Shown: positions 50,387 through 60,200 of the stretch, one piece after another
Position numbering within the stretch: the first letter of the stretch is position 1
Layout of the letters: every line of letters begins with the position of its first letter
Origin: Alphaproteobacteria bacterium
Lineage (GTDB): Bacteria > Pseudomonadota > Alphaproteobacteria > Bin95
Length of the DNA stretch: 64,000 nucleotides
Reading direction: 5' to 3'
Assembly: GCA_965205265.1 (NCBI GenBank)
Contig: CBDBGH010000003.1
Span: forward strand, 1,696,001 to 1,760,000
The notes under the pieces: model-generated
The model's input: only the letters and a program-made list of their open reading frames with translations
What the model was told of the DNA's origin: nothing
Databases searched by the model: none
Translations under genes and position numbers: made by a program

Positions 50387-51163
50387 TCAGCGCCGCGCCA
50401 CCATGAGCTTCTTGATCTCGGCGATCGCCTTGGCCGGATTGAGGCCCTTGGGGCAGGTCTTGGTGCAGTTCATGATGGTATGGCAGCGGTAGAGCCGGAA
50501 CGGGTCCTGCAGGTCGTCGAGGCGCTCGCCCGTCATCTCGTCGCGGCTGTCGGCGATCCAGCGATAGGCCTGGAGCAGCACCGCCGGCCCCAGATAGCGC
50601 TCGCCGCTCCACCAGTAGCTCGGGCAGCTCGTGGCACAGCAGAAGCAGAGGATGCATTCCCAGAGCCCGTCGAGCCGGGCGCGGTCCTCTTCGGACTGGA
50701 GGCGCTCACGCTCCGGCGGCGCGCTTACCGTCTTGAGCCAGGGCTCGACGGAAGCGAGCTGCGCATAGGCCTGGTTCAGGTCCGGCACGAGGTCCTTGAC
50801 CACATGCAGATGCGGCAGCGGGTAGATCTTCACGTCGCCGCGGATATCGCCGATGGCCTGGGTGCAGGCGAGCGTGTTGGTCCCGTCGATGTTCATGGCG
50901 CAGGACCCGCAGATCCCCTCGCGGCAGGACCGGCGGAAGGTGAGCGTGGAATCGACCTCGTTCTTGATCTTGATGAGCGCGTCCAGGACCATCGGACCGC
51001 AGTCGTCCATGTCGAGGTCGTAGCTATCCATACGAGGGTTGCCGCCCTCGTCCGGAGACCAGCGATAGACCTTGAAGCGCCGCGTCTTCCCGGCGCCGGC
51101 GGGCGCAGGCCAGGTCTTGCCGGCGCCGACCCTGGAGTTCTTCGGCAGGGTGAGCTGGGCCAT
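50387..51163 (-). CDS. sdhB: Succinate dehydrogenase Fe-S subunit
   Basis: [34 protein letters not shown]. Confidence 0.97.
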   Translation of the reverse strand: MAQLTLPKNSRVGAGKTWPAPAGAGKTRRFKVYRWSPDEGGNPRMDSYDLDMDDCGPMVLDALIKIKNEVDSTLTFRRSCREGICGSCAMNIDGTNTLACTQAIGDIRGDVKIYPLPHLHVVKDLVPDLNQAYAQLASVEPWLKTVSAPPERERLQSEEDRARLDGLWECILCFCCATSCPSYWWSGERYLGPAVLLQAYRWIADSRDEMTGERLDDLQDPFRLYRCHTIMNCTKTCPKGLNPAKAIAEIKKLMVARR

Positions 51164-51181
51164 GGTCGTTGCCGTTCCTCG

Positions 51182-52984
51182 TCAGTAAACGCGCTCGACG
51201 GGCGGGATGTAGTCCACCTCGCCGGTCAGGGTGTAGTCATGCACGGGGCGGTAGGAGAGCGCTACTTTCAGATCGTCGTCGCACCGCGCGAGCGTGTGGA
51301 CCATCCAGTTCTCGTCGTCGCGGTCCGGCAGGTCCTCGCGGGCATGGGCGCCGCGGCTTTCCTTGCGCGCTTCGGCGGAGAACATGGTGGACATGGAGCA
51401 GACCATCAGGTTCTCCAGCTCCAGCGCCTCGACGAGGTCCGAGTTCCAGATCATCGAGCGGTCGGAGAGCCCGATGTCGGCGAGGCTGGCGGCGGACTGG
51501 TCCATCTGGCGGCAGCCTTCCTCCAGCACCTCCGCGTCCCGGAACACGGCGGCGTTGTTCTGCATGATGCGCTGCATGCCGCTGCGGATTTCGCCGGTCA
51601 TGAGCGAGCCCGAGGCATGGCGCAGGCGGTCGAGCCTGGCGAGCGGCCGGTCGGCCGCATCCGCGGGCGCGTCCGGCACCGCGCCCGGGCCGTCCACCGT
51701 CTCGGCCGCGCGCAGGCCCGCCGCGCGCCCGAACACGACCAGGTCGAGCAGCGAGTTGCAGCCGAGCCGGTTCGCGCCATGCACGGAGACGGACGCGCAT
51801 TCGCCGACCGCCATCAGCCCCGGCACGACCCTGTCCGGCTCGTCGGCGGTCGGGCTCAGCACCTCGCCGTGATAGTTGGTGGGGATGCCGCCCATATTGT
51901 AGTGGACCGTCGGCAGCACCGGGATCGGCTCGCGGGAGGCATCGACGCCGGCGAAGATGCGCGCCGTCTCGGTGATGCCGGGCAGCCGGCGCTGGAGCAC
52001 GTCTGCGCCCAGATGCTCCAGATGCAGGAAGATATGGTCGTTGCCCGCGCCCACGCCGCGGCCTTCCAGGATTTCGATGGTCATGGAGCGGGAGACGACA
52101 TCGCGCGAGGCGAGGTCGCGCGCGGTCGGCGCATAGCGCTCCATGAAGCGCTCGCCCTCGGAATTGGTGAGATAGCCGCCCTCGCCGCGCGCGCCCTCGG
52201 TGATGAGGCAGCCGGCACCGTAAATTCCGGTCGGGTGGAACTGCACGAACTCCATGTCCTGGTTCGGCAGGCCCGCGCGGGCGATCATCCCGTTGCCGTC
52301 GCCGGTGCAGGTATGGGCCGAGGTGCAGGAGAAATAGGAGCGCCCGTAGCCGCCGGTCGCAAGGATGACAAGCTTCGCCCGGAAGCAGTGGATCGTGCCG
52401 TCGTCGAGGTTCCAGGCGATGACGCCCCGGCAGTCGCCCTCCGGCCCCATGACCAGATCGAGCGCGAAATACTCGACGAAGAACTCGGCCGCGTGCCGCA
52501 GGCTCTGCTGGTAAAGCGTGTGCAGCAGCGCATGGCCCGTCCGGTCGGCGGCCGCGCAGGCGCGCTGGGCCGGGCTCTCGCCCCAGTTTTTCATGTGCCC
52601 GCCGAAGGGCCGCTGGTAGATCCTGCCTTCCGGCGTGCGGGAGAAGGGCATGCCGAAATGTTCGAGCTCGATCACCGCCGGCACGGCGTTGCGGCACATA
52701 TATTCGATGGCGTCCTGGTCGCCGAGCCAGTCCGCGCCCTTCACCGTGTCGTACATGTGCCAGCGCCAGTCGTCCTCGCTCATGTTCGCGAGGCTGGCGG
52801 CGATGCCGCCCTGCGCGGCGACGGTATGGCTGCGGGTCGGGAACACCTTGGTGACGCAGGCGGTCTTCAGCCCGGCCTGGACGCATCCGAGCGTCGCGCG
52901 CAGGCCCGAGCCGCCGCCGCCGACAACGACGACATCGTAGCTGTGGTCGGTCACCTCATATGCGGGTTTGCCGTTAGCGGTCAT
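51182..52984 (-). CDS. sdhA: Succinate dehydrogenase flavoprotein
   Basis: [29 protein letters not shown]. Confidence 0.97.
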   Translation of the reverse strand: MTANGKPAYEVTDHSYDVVVVGGGGSGLRATLGCVQAGLKTACVTKVFPTRSHTVAAQGGIAASLANMSEDDWRWHMYDTVKGADWLGDQDAIEYMCRNAVPAVIELEHFGMPFSRTPEGRIYQRPFGGHMKNWGESPAQRACAAADRTGHALLHTLYQQSLRHAAEFFVEYFALDLVMGPEGDCRGVIAWNLDDGTIHCFRAKLVILATGGYGRSYFSCTSAHTCTGDGNGMIARAGLPNQDMEFVQFHPTGIYGAGCLITEGARGEGGYLTNSEGERFMERYAPTARDLASRDVVSRSMTIEILEGRGVGAGNDHIFLHLEHLGADVLQRRLPGITETARIFAGVDASREPIPVLPTVHYNMGGIPTNYHGEVLSPTADEPDRVVPGLMAVGECASVSVHGANRLGCNSLLDLVVFGRAAGLRAAETVDGPGAVPDAPADAADRPLARLDRLRHASGSLMTGEIRSGMQRIMQNNAAVFRDAEVLEEGCRQMDQSAASLADIGLSDRSMIWNSDLVEALELENLMVCSMSTMFSAEARKESRGAHAREDLPDRDDENWMVHTLARCDDDLKVALSYRPVHDYTLTGEVDYIPPVERVY

Positions 52985-52993
52985 GGGGGCGCC

Positions 52994-53374
52994 TCAGCCT
53001 CCGAGAGCGATCTTGAGGGTGGCGAAGGCGCAAGCGGCGGCAAGCGCCCAGCATGCGCCCTTGACGGCCACGATGGCGGCGACCCGCCGGCCTTCCCTGG
53101 AAATGTAGTCTTCCAGCACAACCTGCAGGCCGAGCGCGGCGTGGTGGAAACCGGCGACCGTGAACAGCAGCATGGCGACGGCGTTGAAGGGCGAGGCGAG
53201 CCATTCCGCGAACGTGCCGTGTTCGGCGCCAGCGAGCCGGATGACCGAGACCGCGAACCAGACGCTGAGCGGCACCAGCGCCAGCGCCGTCATGCGCTGC
53301 GCCCACCAGTGGGCCGCGCCCTCCCGCGCGGCGCCCAGGCCGCGCACGGCCTTGGCGGATGTCCTGAATTCCAT
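52994..53374 (-). CDS. sdhD: Succinate dehydrogenase membrane anchor
   Basis: GLGAAREGAAHWWAQR, HAALGLQVVLEDY. Confidence 0.93.
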   Translation of the reverse strand: MEFRTSAKAVRGLGAAREGAAHWWAQRMTALALVPLSVWFAVSVIRLAGAEHGTFAEWLASPFNAVAMLLFTVAGFHHAALGLQVVLEDYISREGRRVAAIVAVKGACWALAAACAFATLKIALGG

Positions 53375-53391
53375 GGGCCCCGCCTCCCCGC

Positions 53392-53775
53392 TCAGCCCGC
53401 GCAGGCCCAGACCCAGGCGCCCGCCGTCAGCACGACCGCCGCCGCAACGACCGCCCAGCCGGAGCGATAGGCCTGGTCCAGCTCCAGCCCCATGCCCGCA
53501 TCCCAAAACAAGTGCCTGATTCCGTTGCAGAGATGGTAGAAGAGCGCAAAGGAAAAGCCCGCCAGGACGATGATGCCCAGGGCTGAGCCGAAGAAGGCCT
53601 GCGCGGTGCCGTAGGCGTCCGGACCCGAGGCGGCGGCCAGCAGCCACCAGGCGAAGAACGCCGCGCCCACGCCCAGCGCAATCCCGGCGCCGCGATGGGC
53701 GATGGAAAGCACGGAGGTGAGTTGCGGGCGGTAAATCTGGAGATGCGGCGACAGCGGCCGGTTGTCGGATGCCAT
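53392..53775 (-). CDS. sdhC: Succinate dehydrogenase cytochrome b556 subunit
   Basis: RPLSPHLQIYRPQLTS..SIAHR, HLCNGIRHL. Confidence 0.95.
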   Translation of the reverse strand: MASDNRPLSPHLQIYRPQLTSVLSIAHRGAGIALGVGAAFFAWWLLAAASGPDAYGTAQAFFGSALGIIVLAGFSFALFYHLCNGIRHLFWDAGMGLELDQAYRSGWAVVAAAVVLTAGAWVWACAG

Positions 53776-53814
53776 GGAAAAAGCCTGTCTCACGCGCAAC
53801 GAAAGGCTCCGGTC

Positions 53815-53843
53815 TCCCTAGTCCCGGACAAGGGCGCTGTCAA
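53815..53843 (-). promoter_or_regulatory. Putative sigma70 promoter of the sdh operon
   Basis: Minus strand TTGACA-N17-TAGGGA, about 40 bp upstream of sdhC. Confidence 0.45.
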
Positions 53844-54048
53844 TCGGAGCGGCGCCGACCGTGTCGAAACAGGACGAGGACAGGCAAACATCCGGTTTGA
53901 GGCAGGCCCCCGAACACTCGGCGCCCTGTCCGTTGTATCCGGACCGGACGGCAACGGGTTCGGCGCACCTCCCGGCGCAGGCCGCGGCGTATGCTAGGCT
54001 GAGCGGGAGCCGGGAACGGCGGCGGTCGTCGAAGGAGGGTGGCGGACA

Positions 54049-54420
54049 TTGGCGGAAAAGCCGTTCGAGCTTTACGACCTCAAGGTGGAGGTGGTTGCCG
54101 GCGACAGGCCGATGATCTGCAACCACCCCGAGGGAGCCTATTTCACGGTGGAGGGCGAGAACCTCGTCTTTCCCGGCACCGACCGGTTCCCGATGTTTCC
54201 GCTTGCTGCGATCCTGCCCCTGCTGCCTGCAAAGCAGCGGGTCACGGACGAAAACGACTGGATGACGACGGATTCCGAGGTCGCCTGCCCGGACCCGCAT
54301 TGCGGCGGGCGCTTCCGCATAACGCGCCTGGGCAGGCGCCGCTTCGACCATGCGGAAACCACCGGCCTTCCGGAGGCGCGAGGCACGCCCTACTGGCGCA
54401 AGGGCGGGACTCGTGGTTAG
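54049..54420 (+). CDS. TIGR04076 family protein
   Basis: FELYDLKVEV, LPLLPAKQR, DWMTTD..VACPDP. Confidence 0.75.
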   Translation: MAEKPFELYDLKVEVVAGDRPMICNHPEGAYFTVEGENLVFPGTDRFPMFPLAAILPLLPAKQRVTDENDWMTTDSEVACPDPHCGGRFRITRLGRRRFDHAETTGLPEARGTPYWRKGGTRG

Positions 54421-55462
54421 GCCGGTATCGCTTCGGCCGGGCTACGAGTTCGCGCCCGTCATAAAAGGCGGCTGGCAACTGGCGGGCGACCACGGCCCCG
54501 TCGACCGCGCACGGGCGGTCGCCGACATGGAACGCTTCCTCGACGCCGGCATCACCGCCTTCGACTGCGCCGACATCTATGTCGGCGTGGAGGAGATGAT
54601 CGGCGACTTCATCGAGCGCCTGCGCCGGAACCGCGGCCCGGAGGCGGCCGATGCAGTCAAGGTGCACACCAAGCTGGTGCCCGACTTCGACCGGCTGCAG
54701 ACGATCTCGCCCGCCGGCATCGAGGCGATCGTCGACAGGTCGCTGAAACGGCTGCACCTGCAGCAATTGCCGCTGGTCCAGTTCTACTGGTGGGACCTGA
54801 CGCGCGGCCGTCCCTACGAGGTCCTGTCCTACCTGAAGGACATTCAGCAAAAGGGAAAGATCGGACTGCTCGGCGTCAGCAACTGGAGCGAAGCGGCGAT
54901 GCAGCCCTTCATCGATGCGGGTTTCGATCTCGTTTCGACGCAGGTCCAGTATTCCCTGCTCGACAACCGGCCGGCGGGCGCCTTCTCGCACTGGTGCGCC
55001 GGGAACCGCATGAAGATACTGTGTTACGGAACGCTTGCCGGCGGCTTCCTGACCGAGCGGTGGCTCGGCGCCGGCGATCCGGGGTACGAATTCGCCAACC
55101 GCTCGCTGGTCAAATACCGGCTCATCATCGACGAGTTCGGCGGTTGGGCGCTGTTCCAGCAGCTGATGCAGGCGCTCGCGGCGGTCGCCCGGAAGCACGG
55201 GGCGACCATCGGCGCAATTGCCGCCCGCTGGGTGCTGGACCGGCCGCAGGTCGGCGCCGTCATCATCGGCGCACGCACGGCCGGCCGCCTTGCAGAGACG
55301 GTATCCATCTTCGACCTGAAGCTCGACCGGGAAGACCGCCTCGCCATCGACGCCGTGCTTGCGCAGCGCCGCGGTCCGAACGGCAGGGTCTACGAACTCG
55401 AGGGCGACAGGACCGGCCGCCACGGCCGAATCATGAAATACAATCTCGGGCGCGCGCAGTAA
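54413..55462 (+). CDS. Aldo/keto reductase
   Basis: GGWQLAG, FDCADIY, VHTK, YGTLAGG, GRHGRIMKYNL. Confidence 0.88.
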   Translation: MVRPVSLRPGYEFAPVIKGGWQLAGDHGPVDRARAVADMERFLDAGITAFDCADIYVGVEEMIGDFIERLRRNRGPEAADAVKVHTKLVPDFDRLQTISPAGIEAIVDRSLKRLHLQQLPLVQFYWWDLTRGRPYEVLSYLKDIQQKGKIGLLGVSNWSEAAMQPFIDAGFDLVSTQVQYSLLDNRPAGAFSHWCAGNRMKILCYGTLAGGFLTERWLGAGDPGYEFANRSLVKYRLIIDEFGGWALFQQLMQALAAVARKHGATIGAIAARWVLDRPQVGAVIIGARTAGRLAETVSIFDLKLDREDRLAIDAVLAQRRGPNGRVYELEGDRTGRHGRIMKYNLGRAQ

Positions 55463-55518
55463 CCGCGCAGATCGCGCGTTACTCGCACCGGGCCCGGTTC
55501 GCCGTTCGGAGCAAAACC

Positions 55519-55773
55519 ATGACCGACGCCGAGTTGCTGGCGCGAATCACGGTCCGCCCGGATGTCTTCGGCGGCAAACCCTTAGTCCGGGACATGCGGA
55601 TTGCGGTCGAGCATGTGCTCGGAATGCTGGCTGCCGGCGACAGTGCGGAAAGGATCCTGGAGGAATATCCCGACCTGACGCCGGAGGATATCCAGGCGTG
55701 CCTCCTGTTTGCCCACCGCTCCATCGCCGGCGACCGGGTCCATGACCGCGTTCCCGTACGCGAAGCTTCGTGA
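55519..55773 (+). CDS. DUF433 family antitoxin
   Basis: RITVRPDVFGGKPLVRDMRI..VLGMLAAG..ILEEYPDLT.EDIQACL. Confidence 0.88.
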   Translation: MTDAELLARITVRPDVFGGKPLVRDMRIAVEHVLGMLAAGDSAERILEEYPDLTPEDIQACLLFAHRSIAGDRVHDRVPVREAS

Positions 55774-56163
55774 GGTTCCTGCTCGACGTCTGCGCAGCTT
55801 CGCGAAGCTTGCAGGCAGCGCTGGCGGAACCCATACCAGCGGCGCCGGGTTGCGACACATGGAGAATGCGCCTCGTCGCCTGCCCTCGCGAAAGCGGGGG
55901 GCGCAACGATCCCTTTGTCGTCACCCCGGCCGGAACGGAGCGAAGCGGAGTGGAGAGCCGGGGTCTCCCTGTGGCGTCTCTCCGGCCGCGGGAGGTCCCG
56001 GATCGGCGCTGACGCGCCGTCCGGAACGACGGCAAAGGCTCATGGGTTCTTGCTTGTAGCCGCTGGTACCATAGCGCGGCACGGCGACACGATGATCGAC
56101 GGCGCGATGATCGTCGTATCACGGGATCGGGTGCGGATACGATTCGAACGGGGAAGCGGTTAG
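55770..56163 (+). pseudogene. DUF5615 PIN-like toxin, disrupted
   Basis: N-terminus MRFLLDVCAA and C-terminus GAMIVVSRDRVRIR lie in different frames, separated by a MITE-like insert; the middle is missing. Confidence 0.7.
55834..56068. mobile_element. MITE-like element with internal REP hairpins
   Basis: Perfect IR TACCAGCGGC/GCCGCTGGTA (TA-flanked); internal IR CCTTTGTCGTC/GACGGCAAAGG 55912-56038. Confidence 0.6.
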
Positions 56164-56190
56164 GCCGGGTTTCTTCCCGAAGCGGCGGTT

Positions 56191-57246
56191 TAGAGCATGA
56201 TCTGACCTGATTGAATCGAGGGGGATTCACGGGGCGGAGGATTTGTGATTCAAGATGTCGGCCGGGATGAGGAGGCCGGCTGAGATGTCGAAAGCGCTTT
56301 CCCTTGATCTTCGCAATCGGGTTCTGTCGGCGGTATGTGCGGGCATGAGCCATAGAGCGGCTGGTGCGCGTTTTGGGGTGAGTGCGGCGAGCGTGAGCCG
56401 CTGGCGTGCGCTGGCGCGCGAACAGGGAGACGCGCGCCCGAAGGCGCTTGGCGGGGACCGTCGCTCGGGGCGGATCGAAGCGCAGCGCGATGTGATCCTG
56501 GGTCTTCTTGAGGAGAAGCGGGACATGACCATCGAGGAGTTGCGCGCGGCTCTCGGGGACCGGGGCCTCGCCTTCAGCTACGGGGCGATACAGCGCTTCC
56601 TCGTGCGCCACGCCATCACGCGCAAAAAAAGACCGGCCAGGCGGCGGAGCAGGATCGCCCGGACGTGCTGAGCCGACGGCGCACCTGGCGCGACAGCCAG
56701 CCCGGCCTCGACCCCGACCGGCTGGTGTTCATCGATGAGACAGGGGCCAAGACCAACATGGCCCGCACCCACGGCTGGGCCCCGCGCGGCAAACGTCTGC
56801 GCATGGCCGTCCCTCACGGACACTGGAACACAACCACCTTCGTCGCCGGGCTCACGCCGCGCGGCATGATTGCCCCCTTCGTGCTCTCCGGCGCCATCGA
56901 CCGCGATGCCTTCGAGGCCTACGTCAAAGTGGTCCTCGTCCCCGAACTGAGGCCCGGCGATATCGTCGTCATGGACAACCTCTCAAGCCACAAGGGACCC
57001 AGGGTCCGCAAGATGATCGAAGACGCCGGCGCGCAACTCCTCTTCCTGCCGCCCTATAGTCCTGACTTCAATCCCATCGAACTCGCCTTCGCAAAGCTCA
57101 AGGCAAGGCTACGAAAAGCTGCCGAGAGAACTGTCGACAGCCTCTGGAACACCATCGGACAAATCTCCCAGACCTTCTCACCGCAAGAATGCAAAAACTA
57201 CTTCAATGCCGCAGGATACTCCGCAACATGATCGGATTCCGCTCTA
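56191..57246 (+). mobile_element. IS630 family insertion sequence
   Basis: TA-flanked imperfect IRs TAGAGCATGATC.../...GATTCCGCTCTA; two ORFs. Confidence 0.92.
56285..57231 (+). CDS. IS630 transposase (orfA 56285-56671 + orfB, joined by -1 frameshift at A7G 56624-56631)
   Basis: SLDLRNRV HTH; RKK/KTGQAAEQDRPDV junction; DDE motifs FIDET, MDNL, NPIE. Confidence 0.9.
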
Positions 57247-57266
57247 AGCGACATTTTCGGGAACGC

Positions 57267-60200
57267 TTATCCCCCGTCATCGCGGTAGGGACGCCGGTTG
57301 CCCGGCGCCCCCCGCACAGATCCGGACGTGCCCGCTAAGGCATCCGGCTCCTCCCTCGGGTTGCGCTGTTCCCATACACGCTGACGGCAAGTCGTCGGTT
57401 CGGCCACGGGTGCCGGATTTCCACCTTGGGCCAGTACTTGGTCGTCAACTTGTCGACCTGTGCCCAGCCGAAGCGGTCCCGTTGCGATCTGCGGCGCGTG
57501 ATCGCGATCCACATCCGCTTCAGGCGCGAGGCGAAGCGGCTCAGGTATCGGTGGCTCATCGGGACGGCAAAGTAGTTCAGCCATCCGTCAAGCACCTTGC
57601 CCAGCCACCTCGCCGTTTCTTCGGCGTTGTCATGCATTCGGCTGCATAGCGCTTCCTTTATCCGCTTCAGTGTGCGGGCCATCCGCTCCGCAACCGGCTT
57701 GCGCCCCAACTGGAAACGCCCGCCTCTGGTCTCCGTGCAGTAGTGCGTGAAGCCCAGAAAGTCGAAAGTCTCCGGTTTGCCCTGCCCTCGTCGCCGACGG
57801 TTTCTAGGGGCAAATCGCCCGAACTCGATGAGCCGGGTCTTGTCGGGATGCAGTTCCAGTTCGAAGCTTCCGAACCGCTCCTTCAGGGCATCCAGAAATC
57901 GCTCCGCGTCCTGCTTGTGCTGGAAACCAACCACGAAGTCGTCGGCGTACCGCACGATGATCGCGTCGCCGTAGACCTCGTGGCTGCGCCACTTCTTATG
58001 GAACCAGAGATCGAGGACGTAATGCAGGTAGACGTTCGCCAGGATCGGCGAAATCACCGATCCCTGCGGGGTCCCCCGCAGGTCGTCCCGCCTCTCTCCA
58101 TCTTCCATGACGCCGGCGTTCAGCCACTTGATGATCAGCCTGATGACCCGCTTGTCCGCGATGCGGTGTTCAAGGAACCGGACCAGCCAGTCCCTCGACA
58201 CCGTGTCGAAGAATTTGCGGATGTCGCAATCGACCACCCAGTTGATCTTGAACTTGTCGATGCCGACCGCGATCGCATCGAGCGCATTGTGCGCCCCACG
58301 ACCGGGCCGGAACCCGTAGCTGAACCCCAGGAACTCCGCCTCGTAGATCGGCGTCAGGATTATCTCCGCCACGACCTTCTGGACGATCTTGTCCTCGATG
58401 GCCGCGACGCCGAGCGGTCGTGTACCGCCATCCGGCTTCGGGATGTTCACCCGTCGCGATGGCGTCGCCCGGTACGCTCCCGAATGCACGCGGTCGTGCA
58501 GGTCGGCCAAGCGGCCTTCCAGTTCCTTCCCGTACATCCGCCACGTCATGCCATCCGCGCCCGCCGCCGCGTTCTTCTTTAGCTCGAAGAACGCCCAGCG
58601 AAGCGCATCGACCGTGACATGGTGAAGGAGCGTCGTGAGACGCACCTTGCGTTCCCTTTGTACAAACTGCCGTATCCGGTCGGCCGCCTGTGACACGCTT
58701 TCCCGGTTCTGCGTCCGGCGCGTGCTTTGGCCTTCCGGATTCCCCTTGGGCTCGGCCCTTGGCTCCACCGGCTCCGCCGAGGCTGACGCCCCTTTGTTCG
58801 CCGGCTTCACGGCTACTATGGCCGAGTCTGACTTCTCCATGCCGTTCATCATCGGTTACGGACTACTCCTTTCCTTTGCGATCCTGCCACGACAGCGGGA
58901 TGGCATGGAGACCTCCCAGGTCCCGGTGCAGTGCTTACGTACGTGCATGGGTTCTTGGACACCGCGGGACTCCGACCCCCCTCGCCATAACGGTGGGTCG
59001 GATGCTGCCTTCGACCGAGGAAAAGGTCTCGGCATCCCGGACTAAGGATCTTTCGGTGCTCGATAGCCCTGTCCGCACGCGCCCCTGTCAACGCTTGACC
59101 CCCGCCCTCGCGAGCGACGGCCCATGACTCGGGGTGGAAGTGGTGGCTCACCTTCTCCTTCCTGCCGGACTTTCACCGGCTACACTGGCACCAGTTAGCC
59201 TGGCGCACTCCCTCCTTCCTCCCCGCCAGCGCCGCCTGGGCGGCGGCGAGGCGGGCTATGGGGACGCGGTAGGGGGAGCAGGAGACGTAGTCCAGCCCGA
59301 TTTCGTGGCAGAAGGCGACCGAGGCCGGGTCGCCGCCATGCTCGCCGCAAATGCCGAGCTTGAGGTCCGGGCGCGCGGCCCGGCCGCGTTCGGCGGCGAT
59401 GCGCACCAGCTCGCCCACGCCCTCGATGTCCAGCGTCTCGAACGGGTCGCTCGCCAGGATGCCGCCGTCGCGGTAGGCGCCGAGGAAGGAGCCGGCGTCG
59501 TCGCGCGAAATGCCGAAGGCGGTCTGCGTCAGGTCGTTGGTGCCGAAGGAGAAGAACTCGGCGGCGGCGGCGATCTCGGCGGCCCTGAGCGCGGCGCGCG
59601 GCAGCTCGATCATCGTGCCGGTGCTCCAGACAAGCGCCTTGCCCGTCTCTTCCGCCACCGTCGCCGCCGTCCGGTCGATGACGGCCCTGATGCGCTCCAG
59701 CTCGCTGCCCGCTGCGACCAGCGGCACCATGACTTCGGGCTCGGCGCCGGTTTCGGCAGCGGCCTCGAAGATCGCGCGGGCCTGCATCTCGTAAATTTCG
59801 GGCCATGTGATGCCGAGCCGGCAGCCGCGGTGGCCGAGCATCGGGTTCGCTTCCTCCAACCGGAGCGCCCGGCGGCGCAGCTTGACCGCATCGACGCCGG
59901 CCGCCTCGGCCACCTCGGCGGTCTCCTCCTCGGTGCGCGGCAGGAATTCGTGCAGCGGCGGGTCCAGCAGCCGGATCGTCACCGGCAGGCCGTCCATGAT
60001 CCGGAACAGCTCAACAAAATCCCGGCGCTGCATCGGCAGCAGCTTTGCGAGCGCGGCGCGGCGCCCGGCCTCGTCGTCGGCCAGGATCATCTCGCGCATG
60101 GCGAGGATGCGGCCCGCGTCGAAGAACATGTGCTCCGTGCGGCAGAGCCCGATGCCCTCGGCGCCGAAGGCGCGTGCGGCTTCGGCGTCGCGGGGCGTCT

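Noticed and set aside
57335-58852. RT as a retron, DGR or defence RT
   Set aside because: Flanked by clear group II intron ends and domain V/VI
59173-59208. Cys-rich WCQCSR tail of PpdK as a metal-binding motif
   Set aside because: It is read-through into the intron 5' end
59155-59220. AGGAAGGAG present in both the exon end and intron domain I as a target duplication
   Set aside because: Group II introns make no TSD and the copy is internal; likely coincidental
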